DNA of 63,852 bases, the filler included, from Chrysochromulina tobinii (taxonomy: Eukaryota), in NCBI GenBank assembly GCA_001275005.1. It is 9 parts of 9 records of this genome, joined end to end, with 100 filler letters (N's around TTAATTAATTAA, not from the genome) between each part and the next. Parts side by side here need not be neighbours in the genome. Positions count along the whole stretch, not along the records: positions 19,784 to 27,982 come from JWZX01000875.1; positions 28,083 to 33,561 come from JWZX01000877.1; 7 more parts are not named here. One strand, given 5' to 3'. The notes under the pieces are model-generated. The model was given only the letters and a program-made list of their open reading frames with translations, had not been told where the DNA came from and did no database searches. Shown here piece by piece: positions 21,662 to 32,374 of this stretch; the stretch's first letter is position 1; each line of letters opens with the position of its first letter. Both the position numbers and the translations under genes were made by a program.

Positions 21662-22624
21662 ATGCCCGCCTCCGACTACAGGCGGCACGAGCTGCTCGGC
21701 GAGGGAACTTTCGGCAAGGTTTACAAGGGCGAGGTCGTCGCGACTGGCCGCGCCGTCGCCATCAAGAAGTTGCTCAAGGTCTCCTCGCGCAAGGAGGGCG
21801 TGGAGCTCGCAACGCTACGGGAGATCATGCTGCTGCAGGAGCTCGTGCACGAGAACGTCATCGAACTCGTCGAGGTGCTGTGCGCTCACGGCGGCATCAG
21901 CCTCGTCTTCGAGTACTGCGTGACCGACCTCGAAGCGATCGTCAAGGACCGCGACGTCCTGCTCGACGCTGCACGCATCAAGGGCTACATGCTCGGCACG
22001 CTGCGCGGCGTGGCCTACTGCCACGACTGCTGGGTGCTGCATCGCGACCTCAAGCCGGGTAACCTGCTGCTGAGCGCGGAGGGTGTGGTCAAGGTCGCCG
22101 ACTTTGGCCTCGCGCGCTGCTACGGCTCGCCCGAGCGCAAGTACACGGGGCAGGTGGTCACACGCTGGTACCGCGCGCCCGAGCTGCTGTTCGGCGCCAA
22201 GTTTTACGGGCGCTCGGTTGACCTTTGGTCAGCGGGCGCGATTCTTGCTGAGCTGCTGCTGCGCGTGCCCTTTTTGCCGGGCAACTCGGACATCGAGCAA
22301 CTCTCGCGCGTGTTCACAGCGCGGGGTACACCGACCGAGGCGACGTGGCCGGGCGTCTCATCGCTGCCCGACTACATCCCCTTCCAGCCGCAGCCCGGCC
22401 GTCCACTACGCGAACTCTTCAGCGCCGCGAGTGACGAGACGCTCAGCCTGCTCGACGGACTCCTCACGCTCGACCCTGGCGCACGGCTCACGGCGCGCGC
22501 CGCGCTCGCGCACCCGTACTTTGTGACCGAGGCGCCGCCGCCCGCGCCGCCGGCGGAGCTTGCGCCACGCGCCAAGGATGGCAGCGGCGCACTCGCCATG
22601 CACCAGGAGCAGAAGCCAAGGTGA
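21662..22624 (+). CDS. CDK7: Cyclin-dependent kinase, CDK7/CDKD (CAK) type; intronless
   Basis: GEGTFGKVYK, EGVELATLREIMLLQEL, HRDLKPGNLL, DFGLARCYGSPERKYTGQVVTRWYRAPELLFGAKFYG. Confidence 0.85.
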   Translation: MPASDYRRHELLGEGTFGKVYKGEVVATGRAVAIKKLLKVSSRKEGVELATLREIMLLQELVHENVIELVEVLCAHGGISLVFEYCVTDLEAIVKDRDVLLDAARIKGYMLGTLRGVAYCHDCWVLHRDLKPGNLLLSAEGVVKVADFGLARCYGSPERKYTGQVVTRWYRAPELLFGAKFYGRSVDLWSAGAILAELLLRVPFLPGNSDIEQLSRVFTARGTPTEATWPGVSSLPDYIPFQPQPGRPLRELFSAASDETLSLLDGLLTLDPGARLTARAALAHPYFVTEAPPPAPPAELAPRAKDGSGALAMHQEQKPR

Positions 22625-24160
22625 CGAGAGTGTAAGACGGTACTACGTACTGAAGACTAGTCGGCTTGTAAGATGAAATTGTTGAATTACGGTCTTCTGT
22701 CTGGCGAGGGCGGAGGGCCTCCGTGGTCTCCACCCCCCGGCATGCCCCCGGACGCCGGAGGACGTGGGAGGCAGCGTCCGGTCCGTTAAACCCAGCACTC
22801 CTACACTTAAAGATCCTTATTGAAGGCCGTGCCTCCGGCCTTTGCGATAGCAGCCCCCTAGCGCGTTGTTTTATACGAAATCTGCCGTGGGCCGCCAACG
22901 TTTTCGAAGGTTTCCTAATGTGCATTTCGCTTTTCGCGCTCGACATCATGATTCACGCGCACGAAAACCGCGGCGTCCTCCGCGTTTTCCTCATTCTCTC
23001 GTCCGCGACATGCGCCGGTCTCTCGAGGCCAACGGCCCGATCTACAGAAACGGCTCCGAGTCCGACCCCCTCGCGCCCACATCTTCGTCCCCAGGTTCAG
23101 CGATGCCTTCCAAGGACCCGTTGCTCTTCTTGCCCACGACCATGTTTGGAAGCGCCCTCTCGTCGGTCAGAGCCGCTCGAGCCCTGCTCGTGCATGCAAG
23201 CCTCGGGGAGCTGGTTTGGGCGGCGCTCCTCGTGCTCGCTACCCTCGCCGGTGCCCTCGTCGGAACGATCGAGAAGAGAGGCTCCACGCACCATGGCAAT
23301 GGAACAGGCGAGAAGAGGGGCTTCGCTCATCAGTCATCTGGTTTGCCTGTTATGGAACGCTGATGACTCAAGATGAGAGGATAGGATGATGGGGTACCAC
23401 AAGGGTGTGGAACCACAGGCCTTCGGCAATGCTGATGGCTCATGATGAGAAGATGTTGTGGAACCACAAGGATGTGGCGCTTTGATGTGCACGGTCCACG
23501 GAGCACGCAGAGGTGAGAGGAGGAGTGCGCACTCAAAGGACTGTCGAACATGACCCCATACGCATACAGGACCCGGAACAGAGATGGCCATAATAGACAT
23601 CGCAGCACCGCCCAGCCCCTGCATTTCTGCCTACGTAGTACATTTTGCCCGGTATGTTTAAATACACAATGCCGAGGTGTGCTGTCCAGTTCGAAATGTT
23701 AATCGTCATGGTTAATGTGCTGTATTGAAAGGGCACGACAAGGACAAACAGGCAGACGTCAGATAGATAAATGTCGTAGAGCAGTCATTAACGCCATGCG
23801 AGACGGTCATAACGAAAATCAAACGAAACATGTCCTGGAAAGGTGTACGAGTCAAAGGAGAAAGGTAAAGGAACCCGCCCCGCTTTTCACTGCGGTCTGC
23901 GCTTTTCACTGCTTGCTGCCGCCCCCGAGCTTAGTGGTGATCGTCTGCAGTGATCGTCTCGATTTGGGACTGAATTGCTGCCGCCCCCGAGCTTAGTGGT
24001 GGTCGTCTCGTTTTGAGACTGAACCCGCGCCTTTGGTCGCCGGAAAATTCTGGAAGGCCGGTGGCATTCCAGTCCAGCAACTTGACGCTGCTGATGCTCG
24101 TAGTAGTAGCCCAAGCTGTCTCGGAGAGGACAATCCCTCTCCCACCCACGCGAAACTACG

Positions 24161-27134
24161 TCACCACCAATGCCAGGCTGCGCCGCCGCCGCGGGCCCGA
24201 TAGCTGCGGAGCGCCGTGATGAGCGCACCCACGGAGCGCCGTGATGAGCGGAGCGCCGTGATGAGCGCACCCGCGGCGGCTACCACGCCGCCGATGACGG
24301 CGAGAGTCGCGAACCACCTGACGAGTGGCGCCGTGGTGGGCGTGGTCGGGCGGAGGAGGGGCTTGCTCTGCTCGGCCCCGGCTGGTGCCCTCGCAGGCGT
24401 CGTGGTGGGAAGCGCCGTGGTAAGCAGCGCCGTGATGGGCAGCGCCGTGGTAGGCAGCACTGTGGAGCGTGGCGCCGTGGTGGGCGGCGCTGTGCGTGCC
24501 CCTTGTTTGGATTGCATGCGCCTCGCTTTGTTGGCATCGCGACGAGCCTTGCGTCGCGACATAGCGCCTTCCACAACCACGCCCGACACAGCGCGATTCA
24601 CAGCCACGCCCTGTTCTGCAGCCCCATCTGGCTCCACAGCGCCCCCGGGTTCCACAGCCGTGCCCGGTTCCACAGCCGTGCCCGGTTCCACAGCGCCCCC
24701 CGGTTCCACAGCCGTGCCTGGTTCCACAGCGAGCGCCTCGAGCAATTCAAACTTGGCAATAAAGAAGCCCTCGTGCCCATCACGTGGCTCGAAGCGCTGC
24801 ACGAGCGCACACTGCTCCACCATCAGTCCGCACCCGAGTCGATCAGACGCACTCAGCCGCACTCAGAAGCATTCAGACGCACTCAGACGCACTCAGACGC
24901 ACTCAGACGCACTCAGACGCACTCAGGCGCACTCGGGCGCACTCGGGCGCACGCAGGCGCACGCAGGCGAACGGCACCTGCTCCGCCGTCAATCCGCACC
25001 CGAGACGACCGCACGCTCCTAGCCGCGGCTCCGCGGGCAGCAGCCGGAGCGCGGGGAACTGCGTGAGAGCCCACGCGACCTGCATGCAATGAGGGAGGCA
25101 ATCAGAGGCTCATTAGTGCTCATCAGGGGAACTGCGCGAGAGCCCACGCGACCTGCATGCAATGAGGGAGGCAATCAGAGGCTCATTAGTGCTCATCAGG
25201 GGAACTGCGCGAGAGCCCACGCGACCTGTGCGAGCCATCAGGCGTCATCAGGCGTAATCAGTGCGAGCCATCAGGCGTCATCAGGCGTAATCAGTGCGAG
25301 CCATCAGGCGTCATCAGGCGTAATCAGAACGGAGGCTATCGTCATCAGAGGCCATCAGAGGCCCTCAGAGGGCCCTCAGAGGGCACTCAGAGGGCACTCA
25401 CCTGTGCCTCGTTTTCGGCGGGTGTGATCGTGCACGTCGAGTACACCAGCACGCCGCCCGCACGGAGCATGCGAACCGCACTCCATAGAAAAGCTCGCTG
25501 GTACTGCACAGCCCACTTCATCTCCGTCGCACACGCCGTCTGCACGATGCGGGGGCGCAGACCGAGCGCCGAGCAGGGCGGGTCGAGCAACACGCAGTCG
25601 AAGGAGGCCGGAGGCTCCGCGAGGGCAGGCACGCCCGACACGGCGTTTGAGCTCGAGACGGCGTTTGAGCTCAAGACGGCGCCGACGCCCGAGACGGCGC
25701 GGGTGCCCGAGACGGCGCGGGTGCGCGAGAGCGCCGCAATCGCCGTCGTGTCCGCGCGTACGCATTCAACACGCTGACGAAACAGTCACGCATGCATTCA
25801 GAGGCCATCAGAGGCAATTAATGGCACTCAGTGGCACTCCGTGGCACAGTGGCACTCCCGGCGCACATGCAGCCCGAAGGTGACGCGCAGAAGTTCGTGC
25901 ATCTTGGCCAACTTGGCGTGATTACGCTCGCATGCCACGAGCCGACTGCCGGGTGCGTCGCGTAAAAAGTTGCATGCAATGTGGCCCGCCTTGCTTCCGG
26001 GCGCCGCACACATGTCGAGCACGCGCTGTCCCGGGCGCGCCCCGAGCACGTGGGCCACGACCAGGCTCGGCAGCGCCTGCATGCAATGAGGGAGGCAATC
26101 AGGGAGTGAGCCACGACCAGGCTCGGCAGCGCCTGCATGACACACGTGCCGTCAAATCCGGACTCCACAAGAGGTCAACAGAGGTCATCAGAGGTCATCA
26201 GAGGTCATCAGAGGTCATCAGAGGTCATCAGAGGCCATCAGAGGTCATCAGTGGCCGTCAGTGGCCGTCAGAGGTCATCAGAGGCCGTCAGAGGTCTTCA
26301 GAGGCCATCAGACTGTGTCGGCCACGCCTCCGTCCATTGCGATTGCGGCCCTCTGTGCACCGCACCCGACTGCGACCCCGCTCGCACCTGCACGTAGCAT
26401 AAGCCCTCGAGGCAGGAGACGTCGCGCAGCGCGGGAAGGTCGCCTCCCAGGACGTGGCGCATACGCACGCCCAGCCCGCTCGCGAGCTTGAAGAGCGCAC
26501 TCCGATCGATCAGGCACTCACCCACACCGACGAAACGCGCCGTACCGAGCGACTCGCACGCCGAGCCCCGCGTGAGCCGCCCGGTAACGTCGACGTAGAC
26601 CGAGACGAAATCTCCAGCCGCGAGGCCCATCGAGGCGGCCCGGATGCCCTTGACGAAGATGTCGGCGCCCTTGAGGATCGCCTCGCCACAGATCCGGTCG
26701 ACGAAGACCTCGTGCGGCGGCAGACCCCGCCGTTTGCGCTCAATGAAGCGCTGTGGCGAGGTCACGCCGAGCGCGTTGAGCACAACGTACGGAGCCAGCT
26801 CGGGCGCGCTCGCTCGGCGCTGGATGGCGATGACGTCAGAGAGCCGTGGGTGGCACGTGATGGCATAGCCTTGCAGGCGCTCGTGCGCCAAGAGCAGCGC
26901 TAGCAGCTCCTCGCGCGAGCAGCGCTGCAGGTTGACGCGCACGTGCAGCGCGCTCGGCGGCGTGGCGAGCTCCTCTTCGAGCACAGTGATCTCGTCCTCC
27001 GTGTAGCAGGGCTTCAACAGTGCGCGCACTTCGGGGCTGAAGGCCGTCGCGTCCACCGGCCCCGCGCTAGTCGTCGCACCCCAGTCCATTTCTGCTCCGT
27101 GAACGCTCTCGACGACGCGTTTTGCGGAAACCAT
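24161..27134 (-). CDS. NSUN6: NSUN6-like RNA cytosine-C5 methyltransferase (PUA plus RsmB/NOP2 domain) with a low-complexity, hydrophobic C-terminal extension
   Basis: VFVDRICGEAILKGADIFVKGI (PUA), VLDMCAAPGSK, FDCVLLDPPCSALGLRP, LVYSTCTITPAENEAQVAWAL, GFFIAKF. Introns 26077-26387, 25774-25866, 25080-25401 and 24812-24977. Confidence 0.85.
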
Positions 27135-27503
27135 TCAGTAAAAACCAGACCTCTAGACGTACCCACCTCGTGACGCCCTGCGCCTGGCGCCACCCTGGGC
27201 ACTTCACTTCGTCCCGAGACCTACAATGTTACTACCGGGTAACCCCACCACAAAGCCTATCCACGGATGGCGCGGTCGACTGGCCGCTCTAGAAAACAGC
27301 TCCGCGGAGCAACTCAATTCTCGAAAAGTTGTTTCCCGGTATTCATCACGTCGAGTCGTTGTGGACTGTTTCGAAACTTGAAGTGAACTAGGCCCACAGC
27401 AGACGCGAAGCGTCCACCCCGGAAGGAACTCGAATAGCACTTCACGCCCCCTGCACCTCGCAGTGCTGTGCGCGCGCAAGAGCTGTGGCTTCCTATCGAC
27501 CGG

Positions 27504-27982
27504 ATGCGCAACGGCGCGGGCTGTAGATTGGTTGCAGGAGCGTGGTCTTCAGCCGCCAAACTCCTTCGGCTTGCCGCATTACTATCGCGAGCGAGTGCGC
27601 ACACGGACACGATTGGATTCGTCGTCGCCAACAGCGAACCCAACAACATTAGCAGCTCGGACAACTTGACTCACTTTGGCAACTCGATATACGCTATCAC
27701 CGGCCAAATGGATTTGACCGTCTGTGTGGCATCGTGGCACAGTGGCTTGACAGTTGCAAATGCGGAAGGTGGGTTGGCTCTGTACATCGTGCCACCGGGC
27801 GGCGATCCTAGCATCAGCGCCCACTTCACAGTGAAGGCTTATGGTGGGGGCGGAGTCGTGCGCAGCGTCACCAGTCCTTTCTTTCGCCGCTACAACGTCT
27901 TTGACAATGGCTACACTTACAACTCCACTTGTAACTGCATGCGCAACCACTTTGCACCTCCAATCCAACGACTCAACTGGAC
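27504..27982 (+). CDS. 3'-partial putative secreted protein
   Basis: ORF open to the contig edge; signal-like LLRLAALLSRASA followed by HTDTIGFVV. Confidence 0.4.
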
Positions 27983-28082
27983 NNNNNNNNNNNNNNNNNN
28001 NNNNNNNNNNNNNNNNNNNNNNNNNNTTAATTAATTAANNNNNNNNNNNNNNNNNNNNNNNNNNNNNNNNNNNNNNNNNNNN

Positions 28083-29376
28083 GCCGCCGCCTTCGCCGTC
28101 GCCGCCTTCGCCTCCTCCCTCGCCGCCGCCACCCTCGCCGCCGCCGATGTGGTGCACTAATACGTGCGCGCGCGCTCACAACCAAGTATGCCAGGACGGT
28201 GGCCCTGGCTCCCTGACTGCTCGGTTTGGCGCCGTGGCTCAGTGCGCCATCGGCACGGACTGCGCCGACTGCGGCGCGCGCTACATGTTCCCGCCGTCAC
28301 CGCCTCCGCCATCGCCCTCACCGCCGCCTCCCTCATCGCCTCCGCCGCCGATGTGGTGCGACGACTCGTGCACCTTCGCCACCAACGGCGGGTGCCAGGA
28401 CGGCGGGCCAGGCTCGCTCACAGACATGTACGGTGTGCCAGCGCAGTGCGACTTGGGAACGGACTGCTCCGACTGTGGCGCCCGCTATAAGTCTCCACCC
28501 TCGCCGCCGCCCTCGCCGCCACCTTCGCCACCAGCGATGAGTGTCATCCGATTCACCCTCGAGCTCGCCGGCGACGTCTCCTCGTTCACCCCGAGCGTTC
28601 AATTCCAGATCAAGAACGCGACCGCGGCTCTGGCGGGCGTCGACCCATCGGCGGTGGAGCTGACCATATCGCCGGGCAGCGTCATTGTCGGAGTGCGCAT
28701 CCTGACGCCGACGGCGACGGCAACCTCGGTGCAGTCGACGATGGCCATCGCGACGAGCAGCCCGAGCAGTGCCACCGCCATGCTCGCGAGCGTCCCTGGG
28801 GTCTCGATCGCCGTGCTCGCGGTTGTGACGCCGCCTACAATTGCAAGCGTCGCACCGCCACCACCGCCTCTGCTGATCGGTGCATTGGCAGTGGCGGCCG
28901 AGACGAGCGGCTCAATCGGGATCATCATCGGCGTCATCGTCGGTGTCATCATCGCTCTTGTCCTCGCCTTGGTCTTCACGCGCCGTCGTCGCCATCTCAA
29001 CGAGAAGCGCCGCAAGAACATTAGCTTGCAAGTACCGAATGGCCAGGAGGCTCAACTGGACGAGAAGGAAACCGCAACTCGGAAAGCCAAAGCTGAGAGT
29101 GCTGATGAGATGGCGGCCCCAGCCGTGCCCAGACCCACAGGCGCATCCAAGGCCCCGAAGCTCCGACTTGCAGTCGAAGAAGGATTTGAGCTCCAGAACA
29201 CGCCGATTATCGATCTCCAGTCGATCTCCAGTCGAGCTCCAGTCGAGCTCCAGAACAAGCCGATCGTGCCCTCGATCCTGCAGACGTTCTCGCCAATGCC
29301 AGAGGGTTTTCAACATGTGTTCAGCTCTTTTCGCGCTGCCACTTCCCGGGCCGACGTCGGTGACTTGAATGCATAG
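28083..29376 (+). CDS. 5'-partial Pro-rich type I membrane protein with two Cys-rich C..DGGPG...C..GTDC.DCG modules
   Basis: 409-aa ORF; SPPPP linkers; TM IGIIIGVIVGVIIALVLALVF followed by RRRR. Confidence 0.75.
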
Positions 29377-29982
29377 ATTTCTTCTGGGCGGCGATTGGCA
29401 TGCGTGAGCCCATCAGCGCAATCAGTGCAATCAGCGCAATCATCAACGCAATCCTGAGTGAGCTCCGAGCGTTACGGGCTGTCTCGATACTCGGAACGGG
29501 ATCGGTAGGCGGGCACCTCGAGGCCGTTCTTGTGCACACGTAGTCGTGCGTAATCATGATTCATGTGGTCGCATGCCGAGGCACGGGCGGGTCCTGTGTT
29601 GCCATGCCTCGCCCGCGCGGAGAGAGAGAGAGAGAGAGAGGTGCATGAGGCTTGAGGAGCCGCGAGGACGAGTGAGGTCATGTAAATGATGTGCCGAGCC
29701 GAGCGGACCCGAGGTGCGAGAAGCGAGGGCGAAGTGTCTGGCCGTCTGTGACACGAATCCGAGGACACGAATGTCTAGGGGTTCGCCGGACATCGAACAT
29801 CGCTAAGTTTCTTGTTTTCGCGATTTCCTCTGTATAGTGTGCAGTGTGTACCGGACTGAGCGGCAGAGAGAAATTTACGTTTCGCGGGAGGTTGCGCAGG
29901 AGGGAGGAGCGCCGTCGCGGCGCGTCGGTTTGAATTTGGGTTGTGGCACTTTTTCGTCACCCGGGTCCAAGTTGATGAACTC

Positions 29983-30391
29983 TCAAGTCGCGAAGCACAT
30001 GCCCAGCTGCGGCGGGCACGCAATCGCCGCGGCTCGCTCTTTGGGCTCCACCTTGAGCCCAAGACGGCGCCACACGCCGATCAGGCACTCGGACACTGGC
30101 CCAGCTGGTACTGAGATGGTCAGAGGAGCGGCGGGTCGACTCGGCGGGAGGGGGGGATTGGGGAGATGCGGGGAGGTGCGGGGAGATGCGGGGAGATGCG
30201 AGAGCGAGCTCCGACGCGGCAGGGGGGCGGGGGCGGCGGCGTGCTGCACGCCGCTCAGCTGCAGCGCGAACGAGTGCCGCCACGCGTTGTAGACTTCGTC
30301 CGAGTGCTTCCCGCGCACCAGCCGCGTCTCATTCAAACCCCAGCTCACCCCATGAGATCCAATCACGTGATTGGCGGGAACTCGTCGCTTG

Positions 30392-30424
<33 letters not shown>

Positions 30425-32092
30425 CGCGCATGCGTCGAGCCCTCCGTAGCGAGCTTACCCGTCCGTCCATTCACAGCGAGCTGGCCCGTGTCCCTCTCTG
30501 ACGAAACTCTCGTGCGTCCGTTCGCAGCGAGCTGGTCCGTGCCGCAAACGCGGGTGATCGCGGCGGCGCTTGGCAGGAGGGCACTGTGGCACTCGAGGTG
30601 TGAACAGTCGCCCGGCTTGAGGGCTTGGCAGCAGGTGAGAGCTGCGGTGCCCTTGAAGCGCTGTAACGGCAACTTGTGGTGAGATAGCATCTGGCGCACA
30701 TACCTGAGGCCATCAGGGGCCATCCGAGGCCATCAGAGGCCATCAGAGGCCATCATCAGAATGAGATCACGCGAGGTCGCATCTCGGGCGCACGTACCAC
30801 TCTCCGTTGAGCGACATCGTGTTGAGCACATCCCCCTGGCGCAGCTGATAGTCGATCTGGATCACTCTCCCATCGAGGATCGCGTCCCACCTGATGAGGC
30901 ACGCAATCAGACGTCATCAGAGGTCATCATAGGTCATCGAGGATGGCGTCCCACCTGATGAGGCACGCAATCAGACGTCATCAGACGTCATCAGAGGTCA
31001 TCAGAGGTCATCGAGGATGGCGTCCCACCTGATGAGGCACGCAATCAGACGTCATCAGACGTCATCAGAGGTCATCAGAGGTCATCAGAGGTCATCGATG
31101 ATGGCGTCCCACCGACGCAGGAAGAGCTCCGCAGCTGACCGGTTGAGCACTGCGTGACGGTCGTTGATGCCGTTGTAGAAATCGGAGCCTGGCGTGAGAG
31201 CGACGGTGAGAGAGTCATCAATGGCTATCAGACGCGCTCACAGACGCACTCAGAGCCGCAATCACACCTTCTGGGATAGCGACCGCCCGAGGGTCAAAGA
31301 GGCTGATGGGCGGGTGCGGTGCATGCCACTGGAGGTCGAGGCGCGTCGAGACGACGTGGGTATACCTGATGAGGCACGCAATCAGAGGTCATCAGAGGTC
31401 ATCAGAGGTCATCAGAGGTCGAGGCACGTCGAGACGACGTGGGTATACCGAAGGCCGCTGGCGCGCTCGGCGGCAGCAAGCACGTCCAGGCTCGCCGACA
31501 CGTCGCGCAGCACGATCAGGTTGTGCCCGTAGCTCGACGGGTTCGTCGCGAACACGGGCGACAGGTACGATCCCCAGACGTTTGTGCACCGGTACGGCGA
31601 GCGCCTCTTGTCGCGCCACACGTCGACGCGCGTGCACACCTTCGGATGGATGTTCTTGTTTCCTGGCTCGCGCAGCCCGCTGTTGAACGCGCGCACAATC
31701 CGCGGCCAGTGCGGCAGCGCCTCGAGCATCGTGACAAGCTCCTCAAGCGTCGGCGACGGCTCCAAGCGCAGCCGGCGGATGGTGCCGAGGAGCTTCGGCA
31801 ACGAACGGCGCACGGTCCGCAGGCACACACTCGCGAGCGGGCCGTTCAGGTCCACGGACTCGGCGAGCGGCGCTTGCGATGCCGCTTCGTCCGCGCGAGA
31901 GTTGGTGGGGCAATCGCCGGCGCCCTCGTACCGAAGCGCGAGAAGGAGGTCGGCGTTGCCCAGTGGCCCAAGCAAATGCCGTCGAATGCTCGCACCGCCG
32001 TCCTGCACGCCACCCTTCATCGTGCCGATCCATCCGCCGATGCAGACGCCGACGCGCGCAGGCGGCACGGCGGCGACGGAGCTTTCGGCCAT
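29983..32092 (-). CDS. Multi-exon protein with a glycosyltransferase-like motif (YTHVVSTRLDL...PHPP...IPEG.D..GINDRHAVL.R)
   Basis: Introns 31366-31448, 31189-31267, 30891-31112 and 30704-30797 give a continuous frame. The function is inferred only. Confidence 0.6.
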
Positions 32093-32374
32093 CACGGCGC
32101 GCCGCGTCGGGCGCCCGATCTTCTCGAAGATGAGGACCAGAGGGCCCCTCGCCTCGCCTCGCCGATTCGTTGGCCAGCTAGCATCTAATGTATTCCACAC
32201 GGACAGGGTGCATCACTGAGGACCTCCACACGCGCGACCCGAGGCGTTCGAAAGGCGTTCGTGTTCAACCCCGCCAAGGTGTAACCACACACGCGCAGTC
32301 CTAAACGTCAAACTCAATTTCACGCGCGTCGCATCTCGTCACATCTCGTCAGCTGCCCCCTCAATTTGTTGCGC

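Noticed and set aside
22723..24010. ORFs and a short duplication (TTGCTGCCGCCCCCGAGCTTAGTGGTG twice) between CDK7 and NSUN6
   Set aside because: No recognisable motif or consistent frame; cannot support a gene call
30891..31112. Repeat-spacer appearance resembling a CRISPR array
   Set aside because: The spacers are satellite, the repeats are exon copies, there are no cas genes and the context is eukaryotic
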